Positions 18,837 through 27,257 of a DNA stretch of 64,000 nucleotides are shown here, piece by piece. The position numbers and the translations under genes were made by a program. The DNA is from a virus. The notes beneath the pieces are model-generated. The model saw only the letters and a program-made list of their open reading frames with translations, was not told the origin of the DNA and did no database searches. Numbering within the stretch: position 1 is the first letter of the stretch; every line of letters begins with the position of its first letter. The stretch lies in IMG/VR virus record IMGVR_UViG_3300047095_000811, positions 72,854-136,853 of that record. The stretch is one strand, 5' to 3'.

Positions 18837-21800
18837 ATGATGGTTTCAATGGAAAAGATCATCCCGAACAAGATCTACTTCTCGTCTTCTCTCCAGATCA
18901 ATGTGGAAAAGGAAGGGAAGTACATCCTTACTTCGACGGATCCAGAGGATCCACAAAGACTGAAGTCCTTGACGGACTCCATGAAATTCGTGCCTCAAGG
19001 GAAGATGTACCTGTACTTCCCAGAGATGCTGCTGAACCCGGCGACTCTCGCTTCGATCAGCTCCACCAAGGAACGCAACGACTTCTTCAAGGACATCGCA
19101 GAGATCAACCTCGGCCATCAGGCCACCAAGGTCATGAAGCTCTCCGATCTCTCTCAGGAGCAGAAGAGTGACAACCATCCGCTGGTCGTCAACGTCGGCG
19201 GGTACTTCTCCAAGCTGGACTCGTACATCTCGGTCCACAAGAAGACCCCTCAGCAGAAGTACGCTTACCTCAAGCTCGTACTGAAGAAGATCCTGGCAGA
19301 CACCGCGAGGGACATCCCGGAAGGCAAGAAGACGCTGGTCGTGGACATCCAAGGTAACAGCCCGAGAATCGACCCGGTGCTGTTCACCATCGTATACGGC
19401 CTGAAGAAGGACTTCGAGGGGTGCTCCGGTATCTTCTCCGGAGTGGACGTGATCTTGGTCGATCCCGACCACAACCTCTTCGTCAAACTGAATCTGACCG
19501 ACCGCAAGAAAGCCATCCAGTCGGTGAACCTGTCTGCGAAGATGGCTGCTCTCAGCAAGTCGTTCGATCCCAAGAAGGTCATCACCGACAAGGACGTCCA
19601 AGTCGGCGACACTGTGGTATCAGACGACGCCGAAGTGATCGGATCCACCGAAGAGACCCCGATCGACAAGACCGGAGAGGTCACCAATCAGGAAGCTGCC
19701 AAGGCTTCCGAACAGACCAAGGAAGAAGCAGACCACACTGACGTGGACGGCGTATCCCGAGTCGAAGACCTCGATCTCAGCGAGATCATGGCGACCGACA
19801 CCTCTGCCGAGTTCGACCGGCTCGAAAAGGAGAACGCCGAGTTTGTGGCAAAGTTCAAGCCGCAGCAGGACAAAGCCTTCGGCGACGTCCAGAAGAGGGA
19901 AGAAGACTTCGTTCTCCATGTGGAATCGGCAAAGGACGACGCGGTACTCAACCCGAGCATCAAGACCGCCAAGACGGTGGCCCTGACCAACTCCTACCAC
20001 AAGAACCTCTTCAGGAAGGATGTTGCCTCCCTCCTCCAGTCCCTCAATAACGACTCAGAATTCCCTGCCGTCGTGATCTCGCACGAGATGAAGGACTCTT
20101 CGGACCCGCTGAACCTGAAGGACGAGCTTTCCGTCGTCTTCATGGACAAGCAGGGTAAGAAGCACAACTTCACTGTTGACGTTCCCAAACTGTCCTCCGA
20201 CGGCTTCCTGTACATCAACGGCAATAAAAAGTTCATCGCCAAGCAGACGACGCTTTTGCCGCTCATCAAGGAAGCTCCCGACCGAGTCCAGATCACCACG
20301 TCGTACTCGAAGACCTTCTTGTACCGCAAGGGCGACAAGACTAACCCGATGATCGACAGGATCTTTAAGACTCTCATCGGTAAGTCGTACACCGGGGTGA
20401 AGCCCATGTACGGCAATTCCTTCGCGTCCAACATCAAGTACGGCGTCAGTATCCCCTACAACTACCTCTCGAAGCGTCTCTTCACGCTCAGCTTCGATCT
20501 GGGAGCGAAGGCTTCTCTGGACTTCCACTTCAGCCAGAAGCGGATCCGTTCGGTGATGGAGGATGCCGGGATGTCGATCCCGGAAGGGAAGCTGCCGGTT
20601 GCACTGCGGATGATGAACGGCAAGATTGATGCGGTCTACTTCGAGGATGCGTCCACCAGAAAGGTGGAGCAGGTCAGCGGCAAGACGGTCATGAAGACCT
20701 ATCAGAACCTGCAGGACCTGCTCGTCGAGACGATCAGGAACTACAAGAACACCGACGTCCTGAAGGCTTTCGAGGCCACCAATGCAGGCAAGGCGTACAG
20801 CTACACCGACATCAAGCTCGCCGGGACCAGCGTCCCTCTGGGCATCCTCGTCAGCTTCTACCAAGGTCTGCTTCCAGCTCTCGACGGGTACGGCATCAAG
20901 TACACCGTCTCCGCTGAGAAGCGCCGTGCTGCAGAGAACGAGACTCTCATCCAGTTCAAGGACATGAATGTGTACCTGAATCTGGAAGGGGATACTGCTA
21001 AGGAGCTCTTTGCCAACGGTCTGTACTTCCTGAATACCAAGGAGTTCTCCTACCGGGACGCTGAGCGTCGTGGGTCTGTGTTCATCGAGTACTTCGGAGA
21101 GGCAATCGGATCCCGCAACATCGCCAAGGCATACATCAACTTCGAGACCTCGATGATCGACCCGATCACGAAGGAGATCCTCATCGATCTGAAACTGCCA
21201 ACGGAGTTCGTCCCTCTGCTTTACAAGGCGAACGACATGCTGGCGGGGTACTCCCACAAGCGCAAGAACGACATGACGAACTTCCGGGTCAGAGACTCTG
21301 AGGTGCTGTCCGTGGCGATCTACGACGTACTCATGAAGTCCTTCAACGAGTACAAGCGCACCGTGAAGACCGGCGTGGTGACTCCGATCTCTGCGCCGAA
21401 GGACGCCGTGGTCAAGAAGGTGCAGGCTCTCCCGAACGTGGAGGACTATTCGGTTCTGTCTCCGTTCCTCGAAATGGAGCTGAAGTCCAAGACGACATTC
21501 AAAGGTCCGTCCGGCCTCAACAGCTCCGACGCCTACACCGCCGAGATTCGTTCTTACGATCCGTCGATGATCGGCCTGTTCGGCATCTTCTCCCCGGTCT
21601 CCGGGGAGATCGGCGTCAACCGCTCTCTGGTGCTGAACCCGAAGATCCGAAACAACCGTGGGTACCTCGACCATCCGGACGTGGACTCGATGAACATGGA
21701 CAACCTGTTCGCCTCCGGCGAGCTGCTGAACCTGTTCTCCGCGAACCACTCCGACCCGATGCGTACCGGCATGGCTACCACTCAGGGCAAGCACATCGTC

Positions 21801-22952
21801 TCGACGAAGGTGCAGCACAACTACCTGATCGGTACCGGTCTCGACAAGACCATCTCCCAGCTCATCGGGCAAGATTTTGCCTGGAAGGCGGCGGAGGACG
21901 GCGAGATCGTCAAGATCGACCAGCGGAACAAGCTCGTCTTCGTGAAGTACAAGACCGGGCAGACTACCGCGATCGACGTCAGCGACAAGCCCGCCAAGAA
22001 CTCTTCTTCCGGCTTCTGGATCAAGAACAAGCTCGAACTCATCGATGGCCTGAAGGTCGGCTCCAAGTTCAAAAAGGGTCAGACCCTAGCTACTAACCGC
22101 AGCTTCTTCCGGCAGGACATGGACGGATCCCACGGATTTGCCCCCGGAAGGCTCACGAAAGTGGCGATGATGTGCCTCCCAACCACTTACGAAGACTCCG
22201 CCCCTGTCATCGAAAAAGTGGCAAAGGAGATGGCTTCCGACATCATCACCGAGAAGCAGGTGGCGCTGAAAGAGAACTCCAAGATCATCAAGATCGCCAG
22301 CGAAGGCCAGAAGCTCAACGTCAACGACCCCCTCATCATCTTCGAGGAGATCGGCGACAGCGAGAAGGATGCCCTGAGCGCGATCGAGAAGGCGGCTAAA
22401 GCTGCCGAGGGAGACGAGGACTTGGAGCACCTCGGAAGAAACATCATCAAGTCGAAGTACTCCGGTACGATCACCAACGTCAAAGTCTACTACAACTGCG
22501 ACTTGGAGTCCGACGCGATCCACCCGACTCTGAAGGAGTACGTCAAGGGGTACATCTCCAAGGTGAAGTCCCGCTCCGACGCTCTGAAGGGTAACAAGGA
22601 GGACGACCTGATCGAGATGCCGTCCATCGAGCGCATCGACTCTGACAAGATCCTCGGCAACGAGATGTCTGGCGTCCTGATCGTGTTCTACATCGCACAC
22701 GAGGAGAAGATGGACGTTGGCAACAAGCTGGCATTCTTCTCAGCCTGTAAAGGGATCGTCTCGGAAGTCATTCCTGACGACTTGGCTCCTCTGACGGAGT
22801 ACCGAGAGGAAGAGCCTATCGAGGCGGTCGTCTCTCCGATGTCTTTGATCTCTCGTAACACTCCTGACCTTCCGCTCATGGGGTTCTCCAACAAGGTGAT
22901 CCTTGAGCTGAAGAAGCAGTGTATCGAAGAGCTCTTCGGCGACAAGAAGTAA
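18837..22952 (+). CDS. phage RNA polymerase beta subunit (probably virion RNAP)
   Basis: Beta motifs GFLYING, GEIGVNRSL, HSDPMRTGMATTQGKH, YEDS, GNKLAFFSACKGIV, VVSPMSLISR; late-type motif upstream. Confidence 0.9.
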   Translation: MMVSMEKIIPNKIYFSSSLQINVEKEGKYILTSTDPEDPQRLKSLTDSMKFVPQGKMYLYFPEMLLNPATLASISSTKERNDFFKDIAEINLGHQATKVMKLSDLSQEQKSDNHPLVVNVGGYFSKLDSYISVHKKTPQQKYAYLKLVLKKILADTARDIPEGKKTLVVDIQGNSPRIDPVLFTIVYGLKKDFEGCSGIFSGVDVILVDPDHNLFVKLNLTDRKKAIQSVNLSAKMAALSKSFDPKKVITDKDVQVGDTVVSDDAEVIGSTEETPIDKTGEVTNQEAAKASEQTKEEADHTDVDGVSRVEDLDLSEIMATDTSAEFDRLEKENAEFVAKFKPQQDKAFGDVQKREEDFVLHVESAKDDAVLNPSIKTAKTVALTNSYHKNLFRKDVASLLQSLNNDSEFPAVVISHEMKDSSDPLNLKDELSVVFMDKQGKKHNFTVDVPKLSSDGFLYINGNKKFIAKQTTLLPLIKEAPDRVQITTSYSKTFLYRKGDKTNPMIDRIFKTLIGKSYTGVKPMYGNSFASNIKYGVSIPYNYLSKRLFTLSFDLGAKASLDFHFSQKRIRSVMEDAGMSIPEGKLPVALRMMNGKIDAVYFEDASTRKVEQVSGKTVMKTYQNLQDLLVETIRNYKNTDVLKAFEATNAGKAYSYTDIKLAGTSVPLGILVSFYQGLLPALDGYGIKYTVSAEKRRAAENETLIQFKDMNVYLNLEGDTAKELFANGLYFLNTKEFSYRDAERRGSVFIEYFGEAIGSRNIAKAYINFETSMIDPITKEILIDLKLPTEFVPLLYKANDMLAGYSHKRKNDMTNFRVRDSEVLSVAIYDVLMKSFNEYKRTVKTGVVTPISAPKDAVVKKVQALPNVEDYSVLSPFLEMELKSKTTFKGPSGLNSSDAYTAEIRSYDPSMIGLFGIFSPVSGEIGVNRSLVLNPKIRNNRGYLDHPDVDSMNMDNLFASGELLNLFSANHSDPMRTGMATTQGKHIVSTKVQHNYLIGTGLDKTISQLIGQDFAWKAAEDGEIVKIDQRNKLVFVKYKTGQTTAIDVSDKPAKNSSSGFWIKNKLELIDGLKVGSKFKKGQTLATNRSFFRQDMDGSHGFAPGRLTKVAMMCLPTTYEDSAPVIEKVAKEMASDIITEKQVALKENSKIIKIASEGQKLNVNDPLIIFEEIGDSEKDALSAIEKAAKAAEGDEDLEHLGRNIIKSKYSGTITNVKVYYNCDLESDAIHPTLKEYVKGYISKVKSRSDALKGNKEDDLIEMPSIERIDSDKILGNEMSGVLIVFYIAHEEKMDVGNKLAFFSACKGIVSEVIPDDLAPLTEYREEEPIEAVVSPMSLISRNTPDLPLMGFSNKVILELKKQCIEELFGDKK

Positions 22953-22956
22953 CGAG

Positions 22957-23000
22957 GTGTGGGTAATGGTCGAAATGACCATTACCCACATCACATTTTT
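22957..23000 (+). terminator. intrinsic terminator
   Basis: TGTGGGTAATGGTC-gaaat-GACCATTACCCACA followed by T-runs. Confidence 0.8.
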
Positions 23001-23051
23001 CATTTTTAGTACTCCTGACTGCCACAACTCAGTGATAGAAAGGAGTCCACG

Positions 23052-23258
23052 ATGAACAGAAACAACATGCTCAAGGCGATGATGCTGACCGCGCTAGTGG
23101 TCAGAAGAAACCAAGCAGAGGACGATCTCTGCCAAGCAGTCGCCGGTACCAGAATCCAAATCGGAGGAAACAAAAGACAAGTTTCCGACGGCAACACATT
23201 CAAGTTCAATCTTCCTTTCGAGAAGGGAAGAAGGACGCCGAAATGCAAGAAAAATTAA
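23052..23258 (+). CDS. small basic protein with FKFNLPFEKG motif
   Basis: 68 aa, strong RBS AAGGAG, AACT-N6-TA motif at 23026-23037, terminator hairpin at 23263-23292. Confidence 0.7.
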   Translation: MNRNNMLKAMMLTALVVRRNQAEDDLCQAVAGTRIQIGGNKRQVSDGNTFKFNLPFEKGRRTPKCKKN

Positions 23259-23262
23259 TGAT

Positions 23263-23407
23263 AACCCCTACTGCCACATAGCAGTAGGGGTCTTTCATCG
23301 TTTCGAGGTTATCACACTTCCGGACGCTAATCTTGTCCTTACCAGTTCGGGGTCCACCTAGCATATCGGTTGCTAGTGCTACTACCTCCACCTGAATTGT
23401 GCCTCAG
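23263..23407 (-). ncRNA. candidate late small RNA, about 140 nt
   Basis: AACA-tatcta-TA at 23408-23419, internal hairpins CTAGCA/TGCTAG and GGAC/GTCC enclosed by GAGGT/ACCTC, ends at the terminator hairpin; no credible ORF. Confidence 0.4.
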
Positions 23408-23417
23408 TATAGATATG

Positions 23418-23966
23418 TTAGTATTTTCGGCTGTCGTAAGCCCACTGTAGCAGGGCCTGACGCTGTACGGGACGGCAAGTGGCATCCCCTTTCTTGCAGT
23501 TCTTGGTGAGCTGCGCCTTGTGCCTCACAAAAGACTTCCAGCGGGCGCACTGTTTTGCATCGACCTTCTCGTCGCGGCGTCCCATGTACGCCCGACAATA
23601 CCACTGGAACCATCCGCGAGGGTCGTCGCCCACGATCCACCCTTGCTTCCTCCAGTGCGACAGCGGCTTTCTGGATTTCACCTTGAAGTAGTTCAGCTCA
23701 GGATCAGCATCTCCGCCATCCTTCACCACCTTGGCACCACTGAACCAAGAAGAGGGGAACTCTCCGTGGCAATCGTTGAGGTACTTACCTTCGAAGACAC
23801 CGAGAGCCAGCATCTCTTTTGGAGTCAGCTCAGGGTCGAAGCCATATTTCTCCTTCAAGTCAGAGAGGTCGCCTTCCTTGACAGTCAGCTCATAAGAGTA
23901 ACCCTTCTGCATCTTGTCGCTAACCTTGACGGTCTTTCGTTTACCTTCAAGAAGAATGAATTTCAT
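23418..23966 (-). CDS. conserved hypothetical protein (DPRGWFQWYCR family)
   Basis: Motifs TPKEMLALGVFEGKY, DPRGWFQWYCRAYMGRR, RQALLQWAYD. Confidence 0.75.
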   Translation of the reverse strand: MKFILLEGKRKTVKVSDKMQKGYSYELTVKEGDLSDLKEKYGFDPELTPKEMLALGVFEGKYLNDCHGEFPSSWFSGAKVVKDGGDADPELNYFKVKSRKPLSHWRKQGWIVGDDPRGWFQWYCRAYMGRRDEKVDAKQCARWKSFVRHKAQLTKNCKKGDATCRPVQRQALLQWAYDSRKY

Positions 23967-24029
23967 GTTTTCCCCAAGAAAAAAGTACACACTAAGGAAA
24001 AGTTAGAGGGGCGCAGAGGCCCCTCCTCC

Positions 24030-24695
24030 TTACTTCCGATGACGGAAGGAAACCCGCTTGTCGAAGCCGTGCTGCACCAGCCGGTCTGTATCCGAGATCT
24101 TCACAGGCGGGTCCATGTCCGGAGACGGATAGATCACGTTGCCCATGAAGTAAGAAATCTCTTGGTACAGAGAGTTCTGATCGATGATCTTAGAGACCCC
24201 GAGCTCCGACAAGACAGGCATCTTGTTAGAGATTCGGAATTGAGTCTTCCGGTTCCCGTAATTGACTTGGATGCTACTCACCCGAAAGATGGGCTGCTTC
24301 AAGATACGGCTGAGTTCAACCAGCATTGGATGCGTCCCTCCGTCGAAGAAGCGCATGTCGAGCTCTCTCAGAAAGTACTTGGATCTTACGAATCTGATCG
24401 ACTCGTCAGTAGTGAGTACTCTCACTTCGTCTGGAAGACCGGAGCCGAACTCGGCCTGCTTGATCTTCATGAGATGAGGCTTCCCGCAGATCGACAGCAG
24501 CTCGGTCCGAGTCCTCGAATGGAAGTCGCTGTGGGTCGAGAGGGGGAAGTTTCCGTTCATCTCAATTTGGATGTCGCGATAGTCCGGTTCCTCCAGCTTG
24601 ATGAGCGCCGGTCGTTCGTAGACCACCTTCGGGTCGATCCCGTAGACGTTCGAAATGTGGTCGTAGTAGTCTCTGAATTTGGAGATGATTCTCAT
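24030..24695 (-). CDS. hypothetical protein
   Basis: 221 aa, begins MRIISKFRDYYD and ends HGFDKRVSFR. Confidence 0.75.
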   Translation of the reverse strand: MRIISKFRDYYDHISNVYGIDPKVVYERPALIKLEEPDYRDIQIEMNGNFPLSTHSDFHSRTRTELLSICGKPHLMKIKQAEFGSGLPDEVRVLTTDESIRFVRSKYFLRELDMRFFDGGTHPMLVELSRILKQPIFRVSSIQVNYGNRKTQFRISNKMPVLSELGVSKIIDQNSLYQEISYFMGNVIYPSPDMDPPVKISDTDRLVQHGFDKRVSFRHRK

Positions 24696-24934
24696 TGCTT
24701 CTTCCTCACAATCTTGTAGTCGTTCGGAGCGTACTTGTTGTACAGCTCATCGGCTTCCTCTTGTCCGACCAGCGCAGTGTACTTCTTCATCAAACCGCTG
24801 ATCTTGTCTGCGTGAGCTTGACCTCGACGCCATGTGCCGCCGTCATCGCTGTAGTTGTAGTACCAGTCATGCCGAGACAGGCTCTCTTCGAGTTCTTTCC
24901 TGACCAGCAGGACATCATCTTTCTCGTTGCTCAT
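24692..24934 (-). CDS. hypothetical protein
   Basis: 80 aa with HDWYYNYSDD motif; RBS before ATG 24934. Confidence 0.7.
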   Translation of the reverse strand: MSNEKDDVLLVRKELEESLSRHDWYYNYSDDGGTWRRGQAHADKISGLMKKYTALVGQEEADELYNKYAPNDYKIVRKKQ

Positions 24935-25340
24935 TTCTCTTCCTTTCAACATAGGACTTTAGGACTCCGTCCGTCGGTTCAAAGTCCATCTTTCCCTCTA
25001 CGAAAATCCGGTACGACTCTAGGGCATACCAGCCGATTCCATGCATCTTGCTCAGTTCGTCTATGCTTGACGGCGGATTGGCTACCCACTCCGCAGCTAG
25101 GCGGATTATCATTTTCGATCGCCGGTTCATCAATCCTAGCGACCTGATCGTCTCCACCATCTTCGGCAGGTCTTCTTCCTTCACACATTTGGGAGTAGGC
25201 CAATGTCGGAAGAACTCATCTACTACGCTCTTTACCTGCTCACCAGTGGTCCTGTTCAACAGGATGCTACTGATGACTACCCGCCAAGCATCGCCGTGAT
25301 AACTCTCTTGAACTAACTTGTATTCGGTATTGCGTCGCAT
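24915..25340 (-). CDS. MBD4-like HhH-GPD mismatch DNA glycosylase
   Basis: LVQE..DAW..ISSILLNRTTG, LGL..RR, HGIGWYALESYRIF and P-T-D (catalytic Asp position) parallel the MBD4 glycosylase domain. Confidence 0.85.
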   Translation of the reverse strand: MRRNTEYKLVQESYHGDAWRVVISSILLNRTTGEQVKSVVDEFFRHWPTPKCVKEEDLPKMVETIRSLGLMNRRSKMIIRLAAEWVANPPSSIDELSKMHGIGWYALESYRIFVEGKMDFEPTDGVLKSYVERKRNEQRER

Positions 25341-25453
25341 GGTTGTCCTCCTTACCATATGACACCGCATCTCTCGGCGTTATCCTTCCGCCACGCTAAT
25401 GATATATCAAGAAAAAAAGATTCGAGCGAACTCGAATCTTTTCTCCTGCATCC

Positions 25454-25591
25454 TTACCACTGGAACCACCACTGGCAGAAAGAGTATGTAAATGCCGAGA
25501 AGGTGACAATGGAAACACCGATCGTCATGCGGGTGTTGAAACGTTCGGTTTCAGCCTCGCGACGGGGGCTGTAAGAGTAGTGGACGTTCAT
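25454..25591 (-). CDS. 45-aa single-TM peptide (not in the ORF track)
   Basis: MNVHYSYSPRREAETERFNTRMTIGVSIVTFSAFTYSFCQWWFQW; GGAG RBS, AGATATAAT motif upstream, hairpin plus T-run downstream. Confidence 0.6.
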   Translation of the reverse strand: MNVHYSYSPRREAETERFNTRMTIGVSIVTFSAFTYSFCQWWFQW

Positions 25592-25694
25592 TTCGGTTCT
25601 CCAATTAGAAGGTTGATATCACAAGAATTATATCTGCCGGACTGGGTTGCAGATACGGGAACACAGAAATAGCTAACTTACAAGGAGAGCTGTA

Positions 25695-26054
25695 ATGGAA
25701 AAAATCATCATTCTTCTCATGCAATCTCGTACCCTTGTCCACACGTACCACCTGAAGGCGAAGAATCTTGCTCCTCATCTGGCACTCGACGAGCTGTACA
25801 ACGCGCTGACCGACCACATCGACGATCTCACCGAAGTGTATCAGGGCTTCGCGGAGCGTCTGCTCGATCTGAATTCCTATCCGGGTTTCACCGTAGACGA
25901 CGACCCTCTCGGCCAAGTGAGAGAGATCGCCAGTGCCATCGAATCGATGAGAAACCAAATCACCCCCAACTGTTCGACGATCCAGAACATGATCGACGAA
26001 GCACTTCAGACTCTGTACAAGACCAAGTACAAGCTGATGTTCCTGCCGATCTAA
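25695..26054 (+). CDS. ferritin/Dps-like four-helix protein
   Basis: HTYHL...HLALDELY...HIDDLTE metal-ligand pattern; late promoter motif at 25660-25671. Confidence 0.7.
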   Translation: MEKIIILLMQSRTLVHTYHLKAKNLAPHLALDELYNALTDHIDDLTEVYQGFAERLLDLNSYPGFTVDDDPLGQVREIASAIESMRNQITPNCSTIQNMIDEALQTLYKTKYKLMFLPI

Positions 26055-26092
26055 GAAAAAAAAAGAACCCTACCGCGATGGTAGGGTTCTTT
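26055..26092. terminator. bidirectional terminator
   Basis: A-run, GAACCCTACC-gcgat-GGTAGGGTTC, T-run, between convergent genes. Confidence 0.8.
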
Positions 26093-26107
26093 CACGCTCT
26101 ATAGGAG

Positions 26108-26446
26108 CTACGACGCCGCAAGCGCCTGTCGGTCGTTCTTGAGAACTTCCCGGAGCGCATTGGCGATGTCGGTCGGGCTGACTTGTTGGGCGGGGCGCGG
26201 TTCTTGAGTCTGCTCCCAAGGCATTCCACGAGTCAGATCCTCGTAAACCTTGTTGATGCCAGTCTCATTGACGAAAGCATACGCTTCGTCGACCGAATTA
26301 AATTGTCGCGGTTCCACCGTCCCATCTTCCTTCTTCATCTTTACCACCGTCCAGGTTGCGAAAACCACGAAGTGATTCTTCATGAATTCGATTACCCAGT
26401 GACCGTTTTGATGGTCGAAGGTGATGCGGAAAGCGCGATTCTTCAT
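26108..26446 (-). CDS. hypothetical protein
   Basis: 112 aa, AAGGAG RBS, ATATATAAT motif upstream. Confidence 0.7.
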   Translation of the reverse strand: MKNRAFRITFDHQNGHWVIEFMKNHFVVFATWTVVKMKKEDGTVEPRQFNSVDEAYAFVNETGINKVYEDLTRGMPWEQTQEPRPAQQVSPTDIANALREVLKNDRQALAAS

Positions 26447-26567
26447 TTGAAACTCCTTGCAAAGATACGGTAATCCGGATGGCTACCACGAAAATTATAT
26501 ATCACTGTTGGGAGCTTACTTCCGGTACGGCAACAACACCTTAGACCTCATAATAAAAGGAAGAACC

Positions 26568-27119
26568 ATGCATAAAGAGCGGACGTTCTCCGAGACTTCA
26601 CTTGAGCTAGCCGACGAGCTCATGAAAGAGCTCGGAGTCAAAGACAAGGACGTGCGGCTCATCGATCAGGCGATTGATGAGTGGCAGAACGAGAAGAACT
26701 ACACGAAGATATCCCTGACATACTACGGAGAGCCGAAGGCTCAGGCCCGTCCGAGGTCTTCCAGTCAGCACGGCGGGTTCTTCTATGATCCGAGTAAGAG
26801 CCTCAAGCAATGGGTGCTCTCTCAGATCGTGGCGCAGCTCCCGCCCAATTTCAAGCCCATCGATCGATCCATCGAGGTCACGCTGCGCTTCTACCGGACT
26901 ATGCCAAAGGGCGGATCCAAGAAGGACAAGATCCTGATGGAGCTCGGAGTCATCCAGCCTTGCGGTCGTCCCGACATCGACAACTTCATCAAACTCGTTC
27001 AAGACGCGCTGAACAAGACGCTGTATACGGACGACTCCAACATAGTCACGCTGTACGCCGAGAAGTTCTATTCCTGCAAGCCCAGAGTGGAACTTGACAT
27101 CAAATTCCGTAAAGCCTAA
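26568..27119 (+). CDS. rusA: RusA-family Holliday junction resolvase
   Basis: PKAQARPR and PDIDNFIKLVQDALN..LYTDDSNIV catalytic motif. Confidence 0.88.
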   Translation: MHKERTFSETSLELADELMKELGVKDKDVRLIDQAIDEWQNEKNYTKISLTYYGEPKAQARPRSSSQHGGFFYDPSKSLKQWVLSQIVAQLPPNFKPIDRSIEVTLRFYRTMPKGGSKKDKILMELGVIQPCGRPDIDNFIKLVQDALNKTLYTDDSNIVTLYAEKFYSCKPRVELDIKFRKA

Positions 27120-27132
27120 GAAACAACTTGTT

Positions 27133-27215
27133 AGTGTGGGACAGTTGTTCTGCACTTGCATCATGCTTTGTCCTTTCTTTTCCCCTAACCCTTTGCCGGG
27201 TTAGGGGTCTTTTTA
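27133..27215 (+). ncRNA. candidate late small RNA, about 80 nt
   Basis: AACA-acttgt-TA at 27122-27133, GGACA...TGTCC stem, then terminator CCCCTAACCC-tttgcc-GGGTTAGGGG-TCTTTTT. Confidence 0.35.
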
Positions 27216-27257
27216 CTTCGAAGGACATCTGTATAGACCAAATAATCGGAGCTAGAA

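Noticed and set aside
18837-22952. Inteins or group I introns in RNAP, terminase or helicase genes (common in jumbo phages)
   Set aside because: Reading frames are continuous, and I saw no intein C...HN boundaries or homing endonuclease motifs.
23206-23391. 61-aa minus-strand ORF
   Set aside because: Runs through a terminator hairpin and overlaps the convergent gene; GTG start with a weak RBS.
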